Source: Chloroflexota bacterium
GTDB lineage: Bacteria; Chloroflexota; Dormibacteria; CF-121
Assembly (NCBI GenBank): GCA_005881215.1
Contig: VBDZ01000008.1
Location: 2,275-66,274, forward strand
Reading direction: 5' to 3'
DNA length: 64,000 bases
This document shows positions 62,705 through 64,000 of this stretch, one piece after another (position 1 is the stretch's first letter; every line of letters starts with the position of its first letter). The notes beneath the pieces are model-generated. The model had not been told where the DNA came from and did not search any database. It was given only the letters and a program-made list of their open reading frames with translations. A program made the position numbers and the translations under genes.

Positions 62705-63793
62705 GTGATCATCGGCATCGACGGGACGCCGGCGGTGCGGCGCGTGGCGACCGGAACCGAGATCTATGCCAGGAGCATCATCGAGGCGCTGGCCAGATTG
62801 AGGGGCGAGCGCACGATGCGCGTCTTCGCCAACGCCGTCGAGCGGCCGTTATGGCTGGCGCCTGGCGTGGAATGGCGTGGCATCCCCTTTCCGCGCTTGT
62901 GGACCCACTGGCGGCTGCGACAGGCGCTGCGACGCGAACGCCCCGACGTGACGTTTATTCCCAGCCACGTACTGCCGGTCGCGCTGGGGCTACGTGCAGT
63001 CGTCACCATCCACGACCTCGGACACCGGCGGGAGCCGCGATCCTACACCCACGCGGCGCGCTGGTACCTGGAAGCCACGACCCGCTACGCCGCCCGCCGG
63101 GCGAGTCGGTTGATCGCCGTGTCGCAATCGACCGCGGACGACCTGGCTCGCTACTACGGGGTGCCGGGCGGGCGCATCGCGGTGGTGCATTCTGGGATCG
63201 GTCCCCGGTTCAACCCCCAGAGCCCTCGCACCGTGCAGGAGGTTACCCATCGTCTTGGCATTTCCGGCCCCTACTTTCTCTACGTCGGGCGCAACCACCC
63301 GCGAAAGAATCTGCCGATGTTGCGACGCGCCTTCGACGACGCGCGGCGGCGCGGACTGGAGGCGACGCTGGTGCTGGCCGGACCTGGTCACGATCCGGCC
63401 TCGAGCGATCCGGTGCGGGTGCTGCCGTACATACCGGACGGCGAGCTGCCGGCGCTCTACGCGGGCGCGCTGGCCCTGACGCTGCCCTCGCGGTTCGAAG
63501 GTTTTGGCTTTCCGGCGCTGGAGGCGATGGGCTGCGGCACGGCGGTGATCGCCTCGACCGCCGGCGCGCTCCCCGAAATTGTTGGCACCGCCGGGATTCT
63601 GCTGAGCCCCGATGATGCCGGCGCCTGGAGCCAGGCCCTGCTCGAGCTGGCCGGCGACCCCGCGCTGCAGCGCCGGCTGATCGCAGCCGGCAGTGCGCGC
63701 GCCGCCACGTTTACCTGGGAGGCCGCGGCCGAGAAGACCTGGCGGGTGCTCGAAGCCGTCGCCCGGCAGGGTCAGCCGGCGACCGCGGCGTAA
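62705..63793 (+). CDS. GT4 family (GT-B) glycosyltransferase
   Basis: 362 aa, GTG start: PSRFEGFGFPALEAMGCGTAVIAS. Divergent from 61527..62666 across a 38-nt spacer. Confidence 0.88.
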   Translation: MIIGIDGTPAVRRVATGTEIYARSIIEALARLRGERTMRVFANAVERPLWLAPGVEWRGIPFPRLWTHWRLRQALRRERPDVTFIPSHVLPVALGLRAVVTIHDLGHRREPRSYTHAARWYLEATTRYAARRASRLIAVSQSTADDLARYYGVPGGRIAVVHSGIGPRFNPQSPRTVQEVTHRLGISGPYFLYVGRNHPRKNLPMLRRAFDDARRRGLEATLVLAGPGHDPASSDPVRVLPYIPDGELPALYAGALALTLPSRFEGFGFPALEAMGCGTAVIASTAGALPEIVGTAGILLSPDDAGAWSQALLELAGDPALQRRLIAAGSARAATFTWEAAAEKTWRVLEAVARQGQPATAA

Positions 63794-64000
63794 ACCTCGC
63801 GGTGCGCGGCGGCGCTCGCCGACCAGGTGAAGAGGGACGCCCGGGCTCGGCCGGCAGCGACCTGACGCTCGCGCAGCTCGGGGTCCTGCAGGATTCGCCG
63901 CAGATTCTCGGCCACCGCCGCGACGTCCTCGGGATCGCAGAGCAGGGCCGCATCACCGGCCACCTCCGGGATGGCTCCCGCGGTCGACGCGATCACCGGC
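63772..64000 (-). CDS. GT4-like glycosyltransferase, C-terminal part only (runs off the right edge)
   Basis: The minus frame reads ...VIASTAGAIPEVAGDAALLCDPEDV...FTWSASAAAHREVYAAVAG*. Its 3' end overlaps the convergent gene by 22 nt. Confidence 0.7.
   Translation of the reverse strand, partial: PVIASTAGAIPEVAGDAALLCDPEDVAAVAENLRRILQDPELRERQVAAGRARASLFTWSASAAAHREVYAAVAG

Overview
GC-rich bacterial chromosomal segment with AGGAGG-type ribosome-binding sites and many 1-4 nt stop/start overlaps (ATGA, GTGA, TGATG). Gene content and synteny suggest a monoderm Terrabacteria-like lineage, possibly Chloroflexota or a relative, but the sequence alone cannot prove this. No CRISPR array, transposase, integrase or prophage was seen.

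Left part (1-29 kb) is housekeeping: a DExH helicase running off the left edge, PIG-L deacetylase, a rhodanese-ThiF sulfurtransferase and isocitrate dehydrogenase. These are followed by a pntAA-pntAB-pntB transhydrogenase operon whose pntAA is disrupted, an ABC-2 exporter, msrB, a lipase-maturation-factor-like protein and tRNA-Phe. Next come satP-acs (acetate uptake and activation), a divergent yceI/hxlR pair and tRNA-Val. The region ends with an lpd-E1alpha-E1beta-E2-lipA-lipB 2-oxoacid dehydrogenase and lipoylation operon and ftsE-ftsX-M23 peptidase-S41 peptidase.

Middle (31-46 kb) holds prfB with the classical +1 frameshift, a free-standing SEC-C mini-protein, secA, hpf, a second CpaF-like ATPase, comF and DUF192. 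It also holds a compact Tad/Flp pilus locus (tadC, tadB, cpaF, REC-cpaE, cpaB, and a 59-aa flp gene missing from the ORF track) and an orphan DegS-like histidine kinase.

Right part (46-64 kb) is the most unusual. Nine genes for GT-C-like polytopic membrane glycosyltransferases, in three sequence families, are interleaved with two tandem Dpm1/Ppm1-like GT2 genes, a GT26 (WecB/TagA) gene, at least three GT4 genes and an ICMT-like methyltransferase. A tenth GT-C-like gene lies at 29.6 kb. I read this as an extracytoplasmic glycan assembly line whose product I cannot name.

A G-run/C-run hairpin repeat with G-quadruplex potential occurs three times in intergenic spacers. Most long ORFs on the strand opposite the called genes are GC-driven shadow frames.
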